DNA of 64,000 bases from an uncultured Chloroflexia bacterium (lineage in GTDB: Bacteria; Chloroflexota; UBA6077; JACCZL01), in the NCBI GenBank assembly GCA_963765765.1, contig CAVXYC010000032.1:256001-320000 (forward strand). Direction: 5' to 3'. A program made the position numbers and the translations under genes. Within the stretch, counting starts at the first letter, position 1. Each line of letters opens with the position of its first letter. Shown here in pieces: positions 22,495-34,257 of this stretch. Below the pieces are notes generated by a model. That model was not told where the DNA came from. It made no database searches and saw only the letters and a list, made by a program, of their open reading frames with translations.

Positions 22495-23039
22495 AGTAGA
22501 CATGGTGGATCGAATGGGTAATCTGGTTTGCTTTGATCTGGCTAAGTACCCGGAGCTGGCGGCCCAGGGCGCACTCGCATGCAGCAACCCCTCCCACGTG
22601 GCATCGGGGGCAAGTCGGTGCAGCAACCACTCATCAAGCGAGTGGCGGCGCAGCCCGAGGCTCGGCACCTGGACAGCTTCATGACCAGCTCCGCCTATCG
22701 CGACCACGCGGACTTCTGAGCGCGGAATGTCGTCGGTCTGCTGAGCCCATACGGGCCACGATAGGCGCTTGCGACCGGCCACCGGTCGCCGTGATGACCG
22801 CGCAGGCTATACGTGCACCGGCTCGCTGACAAGGGTCGCGTTGACGCGCCCCTCCGGTGGCACCCCGGCCCACCTGGATGGCGTTTGCCGGTACGCGCCT
22901 CCCGTCCTGATCTGGTGACCGACGACGCTTGCGTCTCGTCGGGGGCTGTCTGCTACACTGCGCCGGCCGCGGCACGATGAATGACCGACCGCGGTGCTCC
23001 CGTTGAGAGACAATGCCACCGCGTCGATCGGGGGAATCC

Positions 23040-25872
23040 ATGCGCGTCAGTGCGTGGCGCTACCGTGGGCCGCTGCTGGTCGCCGCCCTCCTGCTCGTGC
23101 TTTCGTTGTTGCCGCTCCACGAGGAACCTGGCCCCGCCCGCGCCCAGGAGCGTGAACAAGTCCAGGACCGGGCCGAGAAGCAGGGGGACCTCGAGCGCGC
23201 GCTGCGGAATGGCGGAATTTCCACCAACCGGCTGATCGTCGTCTACGCCCAGGCCGTCCCGCCCGATCACCCGGACCGTCTCCGCGCCCGTCAGCGCGCC
23301 GGCGGCCGATTGCTGCTGGCCGATGTGGCGCTCCAGCAGGATCTGATTCGCCTCGCCGGCGATGATGCCGTCGCGGCGGCGGCGGAGATCAGGGCCTACC
23401 CCGGCGTGCTCGACGCGCTCCCGGACTCCGTGGTCCGGGCCGACCTGCTCACCAACGACCCGCGCCTGGGCGAGGCCTACGGCCTGGCCAGGATCCGCGC
23501 CCCGGCCGCCTGGGACATTACCCAGGGCCACGGTGCGGCGGTGGCCGTGGTGGACAGTGGGATCCATACCGGCCATCCCGACCTGGCCGGCAAGGTGGAC
23601 CAGGAGGAGAATTTCTCTCCCAGCCCGACGCTCGACGACCTGTCCGACCACGGCACCCGCGTGGCCGGGACGATCGCCGCGGCCGCGAACAACGGCGTCG
23701 GCGCGGCGGGCGTGGCACCCGGGGCAACGCTCCTCAACGTGAAGGTGCTGGGCGATAGTGGGACCGGTTTCTCGTCCGACGTCAACCGAGGCATCAAGTG
23801 GGCCGCGGAGCGGGGCGCGCGCGTCATCAATCTGAGCCTGAGCTCGGCCAGCGGCTGCGGCACCGATCGACAGCAGGCCGTCGACTACGCCTGGCACCAG
23901 GGGGCAGTGGTGATCGCCTCGGCCGGTAATGGCGCTTCGGCGGGTGCGACCTCGCCGGCAAGCTGCCGCAACGCGATCGCGGTTGCCGCCACCGACGCGA
24001 ATGACGCGACGGCCGCCTTCTCGAACTACGGGGACGGCGTGGACTTAGCCGCGCCCGGCGTCGACATCCTCGCCCCGGTCAACCCGAGGCTGAACGGCGG
24101 TGCCGAGTACGCGCTCGGCAGCGGGACTTCGCTGGCCGCGGCGCACGTCTCCGGGGCGGCCGCGCTGATCTGGTCGACGCGCTACGGGACGGCACCCGCC
24201 GCGGTGCGAGAGCGGCTCTTCAATGGTGCCGACGAGATCGGTGGGAGCCGGAGCCTGTGGGCGCGCGGGCGGGTTAACGCCGCCGGCTCCGTGGCGGGAG
24301 CCTCAGCCACGCAGGCGCCGACGAGCACGCCCATCCCGACCGACGGGGGGCCCACGGCCACGCCACTCCCCCGGCCGCCGTTCGATCCGTCCGCTGAGCA
24401 AGAGGAGCCACCGGAGGAGGAGCTGCAAGCCGCCGTCTCCGCGATCTGCCCGAGCCGCTTCACCGTGAACGCGTCCGGTAGCGCGCTGAAGCTCGCGTAC
24501 TGCACAGACTCGGGCCGGTCGCTCGACACGCCCAACGAAGCGATCAGCCGGGCCGTCGTCGTCATCCACGGGAGCAGCCGCAACGCGGACGACTACTACA
24601 GCTACGTCAGGAACTCGGCCGCTGCCATCGGCGTGGCGGGCAACACGCTGGTCGTCGCCCCCCAATATCTGTACGAAGAGGACATCAACGCGTTCAAGAC
24701 GGCGAGCCAGCCGCTCAGCGACCTCCTCTACTGGGATGGCGGGTGGCGTGAGGGCGAGAACTCCCGCGACACCGCCAAGAATGATCGGCCTGCAACGATC
24801 AGCTCCTTCGCCGCGGCGGATCAGATCATCGACCGGCTCGCCAATCGGAATTACTTCCCGAATCTCCAGAACATCGTGGTTGCCGGACACTCGGCCGGCG
24901 GACAATTCACCAACCGCTTCGTCGCCGCCAGCGGGGCCGAGCCGTGCGGGGGTTACTCGTCGCTACGTGCCCATGAACCCCTCCTCCTGGCTCTACTTCA
25001 ACAAGGAGCGCCGTGTCGGCAACACGCTCGACCAGTTCGCCATCCCGACGTCCGCCGAGCAGCAAGACTGCTCGACGTTCAATAACTACAAATTCGGCCT
25101 CGATAACCTGGCGCCGTATCCGTACGTCGCCACTGTCGGTATCGAACGGCTCAAGGACCGCTTTGCGTCACGGAACATTGCCTACCTACTGGGCGAGCGG
25201 GATAACGCGAACACAAACTCCCTGGACACCGGGTGCGAGGCCGAGCTCCAGGGCGATTACCGGCTCGACCGCGGGAATCGCTACTACAACTTCGTCGGGC
25301 ACTTCTTCGGCTCGTCCGTGTACGACCGACACGTGAAGGAGATCGTCCCGGGCGTCGCGCACGACGGGAATGCGATGATCAACTCCGCCGCCGGCCGCAG
25401 GTACCTCTTCGACCACGGCCTGGCCGCGACCCCGACCCTCACGCCCACCGGCACGCTGACACCAACACCCGCCATGACCCTGACCGCCTCGCCCACCCCA
25501 ACGGTGAGTTCGACGCCAACCGGCACACTCGCGCCGATCGCGACAGCGACGGTCACCCCGCCGACGCCCACGTCAACGGCGCCGAGGAGCGTTATCCTGA
25601 CGGCGCCGACGGGTCTCACGGCGACCGCGGTCTCGCCCGGCCAGATCGACCTGGCCTGGTCGGACAACTCCGCCAGCGAGGACGGCTTCGAGATCGAGCG
25701 TTCGACGGACGGGCGAACCTTCCAGTCGATTGGCATGGTGGGGACGAACGTCGAGACTTACTCGGATATGGGCCTTGCCGGGAACACCTGGTACCGCTAC
25801 CGCGTGCGTGCTTTTAGCGCAGCCGGCCCATCCGCCTACTCGAACACGGCCAGGGAGAAGACGCCCAGGTAG
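23040..25872 (+). CDS. Secreted S8 (thermitase-like) peptidase + alpha/beta hydrolase + FN3; frameshift near 24945
   Basis: Triad VVDSG, DHGTRVAG, SGTSLAAAHV; second domain VIHG...GHSAGG...GVAHD; PT linker; FN3 APTGLTAT...WSDNS...YRYRVRAF. Confidence 0.88.
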
Positions 25873-26411
25873 CATCGCCACGCCGAACCTATGCACCCGT
25901 CGGCCAAAGTGAGGGCAACGGGAGCTCGGGAACCTTCAGCTCGGGTAAATCATCCAAGGCCCTTAGGGAAGGAGCGGCCCAGAATCGTCTCGGGATCGCC
26001 GTTTCCCTATTAGGTCGGGCAGCTGGTTCGATGCCTGCTGCGCCAGTCGGAAGTGAGCTGCCGTTCCGCCGACTCCCAATGCCGAGAACTCGGCCGTCTC
26101 CCCTCCAGACGGACTCGAAGAGCAACAGGCTGCCCTCTTGCGACTCAGGTCGAACCCCTGGATTCCTGCCGGATCCGTTGCCTATCTGGTCGGTGACTGC
26201 GCCGAGGCCCTCAGCGTTGGCCGAAGGCCAACTCGACCCCGTAACCCGGGCCCGCATGGAACTGCTCCTGCATGACTTGGAGCGCGTGCGTCAACAGGTG
26301 GACGCTTAGCGCATCGCGCCGCGGGCTGCGGATGTGATCTCCGGATCCAGTTACGGTGGCTGGTGCGAATCCTGCTCTTGGATCGATTCAGCAACCCCGG
26401 AGGAGACCTGC

Positions 26412-27560
26412 ATGACGCTGCCCGGTCCGCTGCATCTGATTACGGAGTCGTTCAGGGAGTGGCAGAAGGACAAGGCGTCACGCCTGGCCGCTGCGCTCGC
26501 CTATTACACCGCGTTTTCCATCGCTCCGATGTTGTTGCTCATCATCACCATTGCGGGGATGGTGCTGGGTGAGGAGGCCGCTCAGGGGACGATCTTCGCG
26601 CAGCTCCAGGGACTCCTGGGGCCCGAGGTGGCCGGCTTTCTCCAGTCGGCCGTGGCGCACTCGCGCGAGCCGGGAGCCAACGCAATCTCCGCCGTCATCG
26701 GACTCGCCACCTTGGTCTGGAGCTCGTCGAATGTCTTTGGTCAGCTCCAGGATGCACTGAACACCATCTGGGAGGTGCAGCCAAAACCCGCCGGCATTGT
26801 CGGCTCTGTCAAACGCCGCATTGTGCCCCTCTCCATGGTCCTGGGAATTGGTTTCATCCTGCTGGTCTCACTGGCGCTCAGCGCCGGATTGTCGGCTGTG
26901 AGCGCATTCATGGGTGATGTATTGCCGGGATCCGCGCTCCTCTGGCAGATCGTGAACAACGTGCTCTCCTTCGCCGTCGTGACGCTGCTCTTCGCGGCCA
27001 TCTACAAGGTGTTGCCCGACGCCGAGATCCGCTGGAGCGACGTCTGGATTGGCGCGGTGGTGACATCGGTGCTGTTCGTCATTGGCAAGGCAGTCATCGG
27101 TCTGTATCTCGGGCACGCCAGCGTCGGATCCACCTACGGGGCCGCCGGCTCACTCCTGGTGTTCCTGGTGTGGGTGTATTACGCGGCGCAAATCCTGTTC
27201 TTCGGGGCGGAGTTCACGCAGGTCTACGCGCGCACGCGGGGCTCTCGAATCGTGCCGAGCGCGGATGCCGAGCCGCTGACCGCCGAAGCCCGCGGCGAGC
27301 AGGGGATGGCCGCCAGGGAGGACCCCGCCACCGCCGCCACCAAGCCGGTGCACCCAACGATCGCCGCCCCGCCCAGGTCCGTGAGCCGGATGGATGCCCC
27401 CGAGGCGCGACGCCATGGCGGGCGGGACGCTGGTCCGATCAAGAAGCTACTCTGGACCGGCGTCTCCGCCGCGTCAATGGCCTTCACCGGCCTCATCGCT
27501 CAGAAAGCGACCTGCGCGCTCTGGTCGAGCGTCGTCCACGAGCCTCCGCCTGACCGGTAA
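26412..27560 (+). CDS. YihY/BrkB family membrane protein with DUF4235-like tail
   Basis: LAAALAYYTAFSIAP, STYGAAGSLLVFLVWVYY; AGGAG RBS. Confidence 0.92.
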   Translation: MTLPGPLHLITESFREWQKDKASRLAAALAYYTAFSIAPMLLLIITIAGMVLGEEAAQGTIFAQLQGLLGPEVAGFLQSAVAHSREPGANAISAVIGLATLVWSSSNVFGQLQDALNTIWEVQPKPAGIVGSVKRRIVPLSMVLGIGFILLVSLALSAGLSAVSAFMGDVLPGSALLWQIVNNVLSFAVVTLLFAAIYKVLPDAEIRWSDVWIGAVVTSVLFVIGKAVIGLYLGHASVGSTYGAAGSLLVFLVWVYYAAQILFFGAEFTQVYARTRGSRIVPSADAEPLTAEARGEQGMAAREDPATAATKPVHPTIAAPPRSVSRMDAPEARRHGGRDAGPIKKLLWTGVSAASMAFTGLIAQKATCALWSSVVHEPPPDR

Positions 27561-27605
27561 GTCTCGGGTCGCGTTCGATCACAACGCCGCTTCGAGTTCT
27601 GAGAC

Positions 27606-27848
27606 GTGGCGGCGAACATGATCGTGTTGGACCTGCCGAACGTGATCGTGTTGGACCTGATGATGCCGGAGGTGGATGGCTGGGAGTTCCGCTGTCGGCA
27701 GCTGACGAGTCCGAGCGCCGACGTACCGGTCGTGATTCTGTCCGCGGCTCGGGAGCAGCGGCTCGAAATGCTGCGTCCGGCGGCGGTTGTCTCGAAGCCA
27801 TTCGAATTACTCGCCCTTCTGGATACCGTCGAGGCTCTCGCCCGCTGA
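27606..27848 (+). pseudogene. 5'-truncated response regulator receiver domain
   Basis: PNVIVLDLMMPEVDGWEF...VILSA...KPF, without the N-terminal acidic pair; 24-bp tandem duplication at 27613-27659. Confidence 0.7.
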
Positions 27849-28025
27849 TGAGTCCAAGACGCCAGACGGCGAGTGGGCGAGCCTATCCCGACGTCCCTGC
27901 CCGATCCCAGAACCTGCGGTTCCTGTAACCCCCATTCTTATCGGCCTGGGCGAGCCAACCCGGGGTGCTCGACTTGCCCCAGGCCCGCCGCTGCGTCACA
28001 ATGCCGGCCGAAGGAGGGCTGAGCC

Positions 28026-28835
28026 ATGGGCGAGCACGTACGCGCCGACGACCTCGACATCTGGACCGAGCAGGTCGGCGCGGGCCCGGACGTCCTGCTG
28101 ATCGGAGGCCTGGGCGACACCGTCGAGTCGTGGCAGTTTCAGCTCGACGGGCTCGCCGACCGCTATCGCCTGACCGCCTTCGACAATCGCGGGGCGGGAC
28201 GAACCGCCATGCCAAGCGGGCCCGTCTCGGTGGAGATGATGGCCGATGACGCGGCCGGGGTCCTGCGAGCGCTGGCGATCCCCGCCGCCCACATCGCCGG
28301 CTTCTCGGGAGGGAGCATCGTCGCCCAGGAGCTCGCGCTCCGCCACCCAGAACTCGTACGCAGCCTCGTCCTGCAGAGCACCTGGCCGGTGCTGGATCCC
28401 TATTTCCGCACGTGGCTCCGGTTCCTCCGCTGGCTGGTCGAGGTCGCCCCGAGCGAGCGCGCGTTCCTGGAGGGGTTCTACCTCGACATCTACACCCCGC
28501 GGGCGCACAACGACGGCACCGTCGACCGGTTCATCGAAGAGATGCTCGCCTTCCCGCACAAGCAGTCGACCGAGGACGTGCAGCGCTACATGGACGCGTT
28601 CGTCGACCACGACACGACCGACCGCCTCCCCGAGATCGCCGCCCCGACGCTCGTGCTCGCCGGCGGGCGGGACGTCACAAGTCGTCCCGCGCTCGGCCGC
28701 GCGGTCGCCGAGCTGATCCCCGGCGCCCGCTTTGAAGTGCTGGAGGAGGAGGCGCACCAGCCCTTCCAGGAGATCCCGGACGCGTGGAACGCGCGCGTCG
28801 ACGCCTTCTGGCGGGAGGTCGAAGCGCGGGCCTGA
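28026..28835 (+). CDS. Alpha/beta hydrolase
   Basis: FDNRGAGRT, GFSGG, AHQPF; AGGAGG RBS. Confidence 0.92.
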   Translation: MGEHVRADDLDIWTEQVGAGPDVLLIGGLGDTVESWQFQLDGLADRYRLTAFDNRGAGRTAMPSGPVSVEMMADDAAGVLRALAIPAAHIAGFSGGSIVAQELALRHPELVRSLVLQSTWPVLDPYFRTWLRFLRWLVEVAPSERAFLEGFYLDIYTPRAHNDGTVDRFIEEMLAFPHKQSTEDVQRYMDAFVDHDTTDRLPEIAAPTLVLAGGRDVTSRPALGRAVAELIPGARFEVLEEEAHQPFQEIPDAWNARVDAFWREVEARA

Positions 28836-29014
28836 GCCGCACCGGGCGGGAGCCGCGCAGACGCTGCCGCGGGCCACGAGGTACGCGAACGGCACGCCCT
28901 TCCTCTCGACGCCCTCTTCTGTGGATGAGCTCTTCCCACCTCTCCGGTGTGTCCGGGGGCGCTGGTCTCACGGATCTCGCCGGTCACGGTGGCTGTGGCA
29001 CTCGTCAGCGCGGT

Positions 29015-30391
29015 TTACCCAATCAAGCCCCGCCGCGACCGGAAGAGATTGCCCGGATCGTAGTGCTTCTTGACCGCGACGAGCCGCGCCAGGTTCTCGC
29101 CGTAGGCGGACGCCGTCGCATGAGCGTCATCCGGGTCCTCGAAGTTCATGTACGACCCGCCAGTCGAGAACGGCGCCAGCCGCTCGCCCACCTCGCGCGC
29201 CCAGGTGACGTTCGCCGTGTCCGCGGCCGGATCGTCCCAGTTCGACTCGATGCCGATGAGCCAGGGGGCGCCCCGCTGCCCGGCGGCCGCGTCGGCCGGC
29301 CCGTGGCGGTCGATTTCGCCGCCCAGCCGCCAGAGGTCGAGGCTGGTCAGCGGCGACGGTCGACGCAGCGCCAGCTCCATGAGCGTCTCGAGCGCCGGGT
29401 CGGGCAGGTCGCGGAGGTAGCTGGAGCGCCAGTAGTAGCGGCGGCCCCGCGGGTAGTCCTCGTCGAAGAGCACCGACTGCGCCCGGACGTAGGGCATCGG
29501 GCCGCTGAGGTCGCCGAGGACGGTCCCGAGCGATTGCAGCGGTTGCGTCATCTGCTCGCCTTCGGCCACCGATCCGACATATGGTCCGACGATCACCACG
29601 AAGGGCTCGCCCCACGCCGCGCGCGGGAAAGCCTCCAGCTCGGGGACGGTCCAGCAGACGCACAGCGCCCCGAAGCCTTCCGGTGCGGTCGCGGCAAACT
29701 CGCGGAAGCCCTGCATCACCCGTTTGGCCTCGACCCACGGATAGCCCAGGAAGCTCACCCAGACATCCGGACCCAGCGGATGGGCCCGGTACTCGAACGA
29801 CGTCACCACGCCGAGGTCCCAGCCGCCGCCGCGGAGCGCCCAGAGCAGGTCCGCGTTCGCATTCGTGCTCGCGTGGATGAGCCGGCCGTCCGCGGTCACG
29901 ACATCCGCCGACAGGAGGTTGTCACAGCTCAGACCATGCTTGCGTCGCAGCCAGCCGAGCCCACCGGCGAGCGTCAACCCGGCGACACCGGTCTCCGACA
30001 CGACCCCGAGCGGCACGGCCAGACCAAAGGCCTGCGTCTCCCGATCGAGGTCGCGGAGCAGGGCGCCGCCCTCGCAGCGCACCGTGGCCGTCGACGGGTC
30101 GACCCGAACCGACCGCATCCGGGCGAGGTCAATGACGAGCCCGCCGTCGACGACCGAGGAGCCGGCGACGTGGTGCCCGCCCCCGCGCACCGATACCGCG
30201 AGTCCCTGCTCGCGCGCGTAGTTCACGGCGTCGACCACGTCCGCGACGCCCTGGCACTGCACGATCAGCGCCGGCGTCTTGTCGATGACACCGTTCCAGA
30301 CCATCCGGGCCTCGTTGTAGGTCGCATCGCCGGGCGCGATCGCGGCGCCGCGAAGGCGAGACAGCAAGCGTGTCAGTGCTTCGTGATCCAT
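29015..30391 (-). CDS. FAD-binding oxidoreductase (BBE / 6-hydroxy-D-nicotine oxidase-like)
   Basis: VRGGGHHVAG, GLTLAGGLGW, YMNF, YDPGNLF. Confidence 0.93.
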   Translation of the reverse strand: MDHEALTRLLSRLRGAAIAPGDATYNEARMVWNGVIDKTPALIVQCQGVADVVDAVNYAREQGLAVSVRGGGHHVAGSSVVDGGLVIDLARMRSVRVDPSTATVRCEGGALLRDLDRETQAFGLAVPLGVVSETGVAGLTLAGGLGWLRRKHGLSCDNLLSADVVTADGRLIHASTNANADLLWALRGGGWDLGVVTSFEYRAHPLGPDVWVSFLGYPWVEAKRVMQGFREFAATAPEGFGALCVCWTVPELEAFPRAAWGEPFVVIVGPYVGSVAEGEQMTQPLQSLGTVLGDLSGPMPYVRAQSVLFDEDYPRGRRYYWRSSYLRDLPDPALETLMELALRRPSPLTSLDLWRLGGEIDRHGPADAAAGQRGAPWLIGIESNWDDPAADTANVTWAREVGERLAPFSTGGSYMNFEDPDDAHATASAYGENLARLVAVKKHYDPGNLFRSRRGLIG

Positions 30392-30742
30392 GTCCCTCAC
30401 CGCACTTTCCGGAGCTCCGCGAGCTGCTGCCCGAGCCGGCCGAATTCGGGCGCGGGGATGCCGCGGGCATCGGGAGCCGCCGCCGGTGTCCCCGCCGACC
30501 GCCTCCCGGCCATAGTCTGCCAGCATGCATGGCGGGAGTCCAGCGTAGGGTAGACCCGTGCCGCGCCAGCGCGATCGTCCCGATCCTCGGCCACCGGGTC
30601 GGAGGGCCTGCCGGCCCGGGGAATTCCCCGGGCCGATCCCCGTTGGCGGTCCGCGCGGGGCGTACTAGACTGGACACGACGGATGCGTCATGCGCGAACG
30701 GTCCGTCGGAGTTCGATCCGCGATCCCAGAGGGAGGATCCCC

Positions 30743-31581
30743 ATGCCCGCACGACCGACCGCTCCGCAACCTCGATTCGCGACCACGCGCCTTGGGACGG
30801 GCCCGCTCGTGCACTACGCCGAGCAGGGCGACCCGAGCGGCGAGGTGCTGCTGTTCATTCACGGCTGGCCCGACTCGTGGTTCTCGTTCAGCCGCGTCCT
30901 GTCGCTGCTGCCGGCCGCGTACCACGCCTACGCCCTGGACCAGCGCGGCTTCGGCGACTCGGAGCGTCCGACCGGCGGCTACACGATCGACCAGTACGCC
31001 GGTGACGTGGTGGCCTTCCTGGATGCGGTCGAGGTGGAGCAGGCCACCCTGGTGGGACATTCCTTCGGGACCTTCGTCGCGCGACGGGTAGCCGAGACGT
31101 GTCCGGAGCGCGGTCACTCGATTGGTGCTCATCGCCTCCGCCATCACGCCGGTCAACACCGTGTTATTGGAAGTCCAAGAGGTCGCTGCGGCCGCTGGCC
31201 GACCCCCTCCCGCTGGAGTTCGTGCGCGAGTTCCAGGCCAGCACGCTGCACCGGCCCGTCCCGGACGAATTCTTCGAGAGGCTCGTGGCCGAGAGCCAGA
31301 AGGCACCGGCGCGCGTCTGGCGGGAGGCGTTCGATGGCTTGCTCGCATGCGACGACGCGGGCGAGCTCGGACGGATCGCGGCGCCGACGCTCCTCCTCTG
31401 GGGTGAGCAGGATGCGCTCTTCCCGGGTGAGGCTGGGCAGAGCGCCCTGGCGGCCGCGATCCCGGGCGCCCGGCTGACGGTCTACCGGGACACGGGGCAC
31501 TCGCCCAACTGGGAGCGCCCGGAGCGGGTCGCTCCGGACCTGGAGGCGTTTCTCGGCGGGACGCCGTCCCCGCCAGGTTAA
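30743..31581 (+). CDS. Alpha/beta hydrolase; frameshifts near 31110 and 31180
   Basis: IHGWPDS, DQRGFGDS, GHSFG, WGEQD, TGHSPNWE spread over three frames; GGAGG RBS. Confidence 0.85.
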
Positions 31582-31629
31582 GCGGGGCACACCACGGCAA
31601 CCGATAAACGAAATCTAATTGAGGTAGTG

Positions 31630-33029
31630 ATGATGGCGAAAACAATTGTCGTTCCCGTAGACGGGTCGGAACTTGGTGAGCGCGCAATACCTTGGGCGTC
31701 GCAGCTCGCACGACAGCTTGGGCTTTCCGTCACCCTGGTGCGGGTCGTTCCCTGGCCCGACATTCCCGCGAGCGAATTCGGCGGGTACATATCTCCGGAG
31801 ACCTACGACCAGGTCATCGCGGCGGAGCAGGAAACGGCACGCGAATACCTGGACCGGCTCCAGTCCCAATGGAGCAAGGATGGATTGACCGTTTTGACGG
31901 TGATCCGTCATGGCAAGGCTACCGAAGGCATCCATGATGTGGCGGACGAGCTCGGTGCCTACGCAATCGCGATGGCGAGCCACGGGCGCGGTGGTTTTCA
32001 GCGCCTGGTTTTGGGAAGTGTGGCGGAGCGCTTGATCCAGCAGGCGACTATCCCGGTGTTGCTCGTTCGCGCGGGGAAGCGACCCGACCGATTTCGCTCC
32101 ATCAGATTCTGGTGCCGCTGGACGGGTCAATCCTCGCGGAGCGGGCGATCGACCAAGCACTCGAGGTCCTGGAGCCCGGAGGCGAGCTCGTGCTCCAGAG
32201 GGTGGTGGAGCCGGAGCTAAAAGTCGTCGGAGGCGGCGACGTGACCACGTTTATCGTCGATGAGGAAGCGATGGGCCCGGAGGAAGCGAAGGCGAGAGAG
32301 TATCTGGACGAAACGGTCAGTCGGTTCCGTTCCAGAGGCGGGAATGTGGTTACTCAGTTGCACCGGGGACGGCCAGCCACGCAGATTCTCAATTCGGTCA
32401 ATGAATCGAACGTCGATGCGATCGTTATGACCACGCACGGGCACACCGGTCCCACGCGTTGGCTCATGGGAAGCGTCGCGGATGAGGTGTTCCGTAATAC
32501 CGATCGCCCCGTGCTGCTTATAAGCGTCCGAACGGTCGCTTCACGAGTGACGGGCGGGTACGAGGTGCGGGACCTGATGACCCGCGACGTCGAAGTCGTC
32601 ATGGAAAATGAGACGGTGATCGCGACCCTTCGGAAGCTGCTGCGGCGGCGTGTCGCAGGTGCCCCGGTGATCAACGCAAGCGGCGAGCTCGTCGGTGTTA
32701 TTACCGAGCATGATCTGCTAGCCTGGCACAGCCGCACGCTGGAGGCACTTTCCAAGAACGAGTCGGACCTGGATCCGGCCGCGTATGGAGAACGTATTGA
32801 AGCCGACACCATCGCGTCGGTCGTATCGCGCCCCGCGATAGCGATTGATGCGGATACCAGTCTGACCTCGGCAATCCGGATGATGCTAGATCGAAAGCTC
32901 CGACGGCTTCCGGTCACGGACGGCGGTCGGCTCGTTGGCATCATCTCCCGCGCGGACATCTTGAAAGGCATGGGCGAGCACTGGCGCTCCGCCAAAGAGG
33001 CGGTTGACGCCTCGAGCGGCCAGGGCTGA
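31630..33029 (+). CDS. Tandem universal stress protein (2 USP) + CBS pair; frameshift near 32085
   Basis: IVVPVDGS...HGRGG..LGSVAE; ILVPLDGS...HGHTG..MGSVAD; VRDLMT...GVITEHDL...GIISRADIL. Confidence 0.88.
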
Positions 33030-33034
33030 GGTCA

Positions 33035-33391
33035 GTGCAGGAAGATACGGCGGTGTCCGCGGTTGTCATGACTCAGCACGGTCTGGTGCGCGGTCGACGT
33101 GCGGATGGAGTCTTCTCATTCAAAGGGATTCCGTACGCGGCACCGCCGTTTGGCGTCAATCGATTCCGTTCGCCACAACCAGTCGAATCCTGGAGCGGAA
33201 TACGCGACGCCCGCACCTTCGGCCCGAAGTCGCCGCAGCCGATGTATCCGCCCCAAATAGCGTTGCTGCTCAACGAGCGTGTTGACTCCGGGCAAGACTG
33301 CCTTACGCTGAATGTCTGGTCACGAGATCTGGGATCCAGCCGTCAGCCGGTGATGGTCTGGATACCTGGTGGCATGTTCTGCTGCTCTTAG
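33035..33391 (+). pseudogene. N-terminal fragment of a type-B carboxylesterase (PnbA-like)
   Basis: FKGIPYAAPP, DCLTLNVW, PVMVWIPGG, then an abrupt end with no GxSxG. Confidence 0.85.
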
Positions 33392-33654
33392 CGGCGGTCG
33401 TCCCCAGGAGAACTACGTCCATTCACGGCACCCCGAGGTCACGCTTTCCTTCGGCATCCTGGCAGACGATCAACCGCAGCACGATGAAGTGCGGGCCAAT
33501 CGGGACGCCATCATCGCCTGCTTCGGGGCAGTGCTCTAGGGACCTGTGGGCAACTGCTCGATCACCGCACCCCGCACCGAGACATTGATTTTGAGACGCG
33601 TTGTGAGACGCGACTACTCGTGAGGCCGCATGGACAACAGCTCCGGAGGAGTTG

Positions 33655-33678
33655 TCTCAGAAACGGACGTTTCTGAGA
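33655..33678. other. Serine-recombinase res/hix-like crossover site
   Basis: Perfect 11-bp arms TCTCAGAAACG-ga-CGTTTCTGAGA, with further (T)GAGAC half-sites at ~33579-33610. Confidence 0.55.
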
Positions 33679-33738
33679 TCGAGTCGGTCTAAGACTCCGT
33701 CACACGCCGATTGACGGGTGGCACCGTCCGTTGGGGGC

Positions 33739-33767
33739 TTGACAGAGGTCGAGCGCCAGCCTATCGT
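33739..33767 (+). promoter_or_regulatory. Sigma70-type promoter
   Basis: TTGACA-N17-TATCGT. Confidence 0.55.
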
Positions 33768-33900
33768 CGCCCTGAGGGCTTAACCATACAGGCGGAGATG
33801 CGATTCGCCAGGAGAGGCGATGTCCACATCGCCTGCCAGGTGGTCGGGTTCAGCCCGGCGGCGTTTCCTTACATAGACGCCCCGCAAAGGGAGGCACCTT

Positions 33901-34257
33901 GTGGCCGGATCAACCGAGAGCGTCCTTGATCATCATCTGCAGACATTCGGTGCAGGAGATTTGCCAGGCCTCCTGGCGGACTACAGCGATCGGTCGGTGG
34001 TGATACTGCCCAGTGGCGCCGTCTTGCGCGGCGTCGAGCAGATCACACCGCTGTTCGTGGGGCTGTTGGCCGAGTTCGCCAAGCCGGGCGCCTCCTTCAA
34101 CCTGAGCCAGAAGGTGATCGACGGGGAGATCGCCTACATCACGTGGTCGGCGGAGACGGCCGACAACGTCTACGAGTTTGCGACGGACACCTTCGTCATC
34201 CGCGGCGGGAAGATCCTCACGCAGACGGTCGGCTTCAAAACGACCGCCAAAGGCTAG
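33901..34257 (+). CDS. SnoaL/NTF2-like protein
   Basis: VLDHHLQTFGAGDL...ADY...DTFVIRGGKILTQT; GGAGG RBS. Confidence 0.88.
   Translation: MAGSTESVLDHHLQTFGAGDLPGLLADYSDRSVVILPSGAVLRGVEQITPLFVGLLAEFAKPGASFNLSQKVIDGEIAYITWSAETADNVYEFATDTFVIRGGKILTQTVGFKTTAKG

Noticed and set aside
26031-26309. 92-aa ORF upstream of the second YihY
   Set aside because: Only the last ~30 codons look protein-like; no RBS or motif supports a call.
28784-30553. Long + strand ORF of 589 aa (and similar shadow ORFs such as 11919-12854, 22953-23897, 27996-28895)
   Set aside because: Antisense shadows of clear genes in high-GC DNA; Arg/Pro-rich with no motifs.
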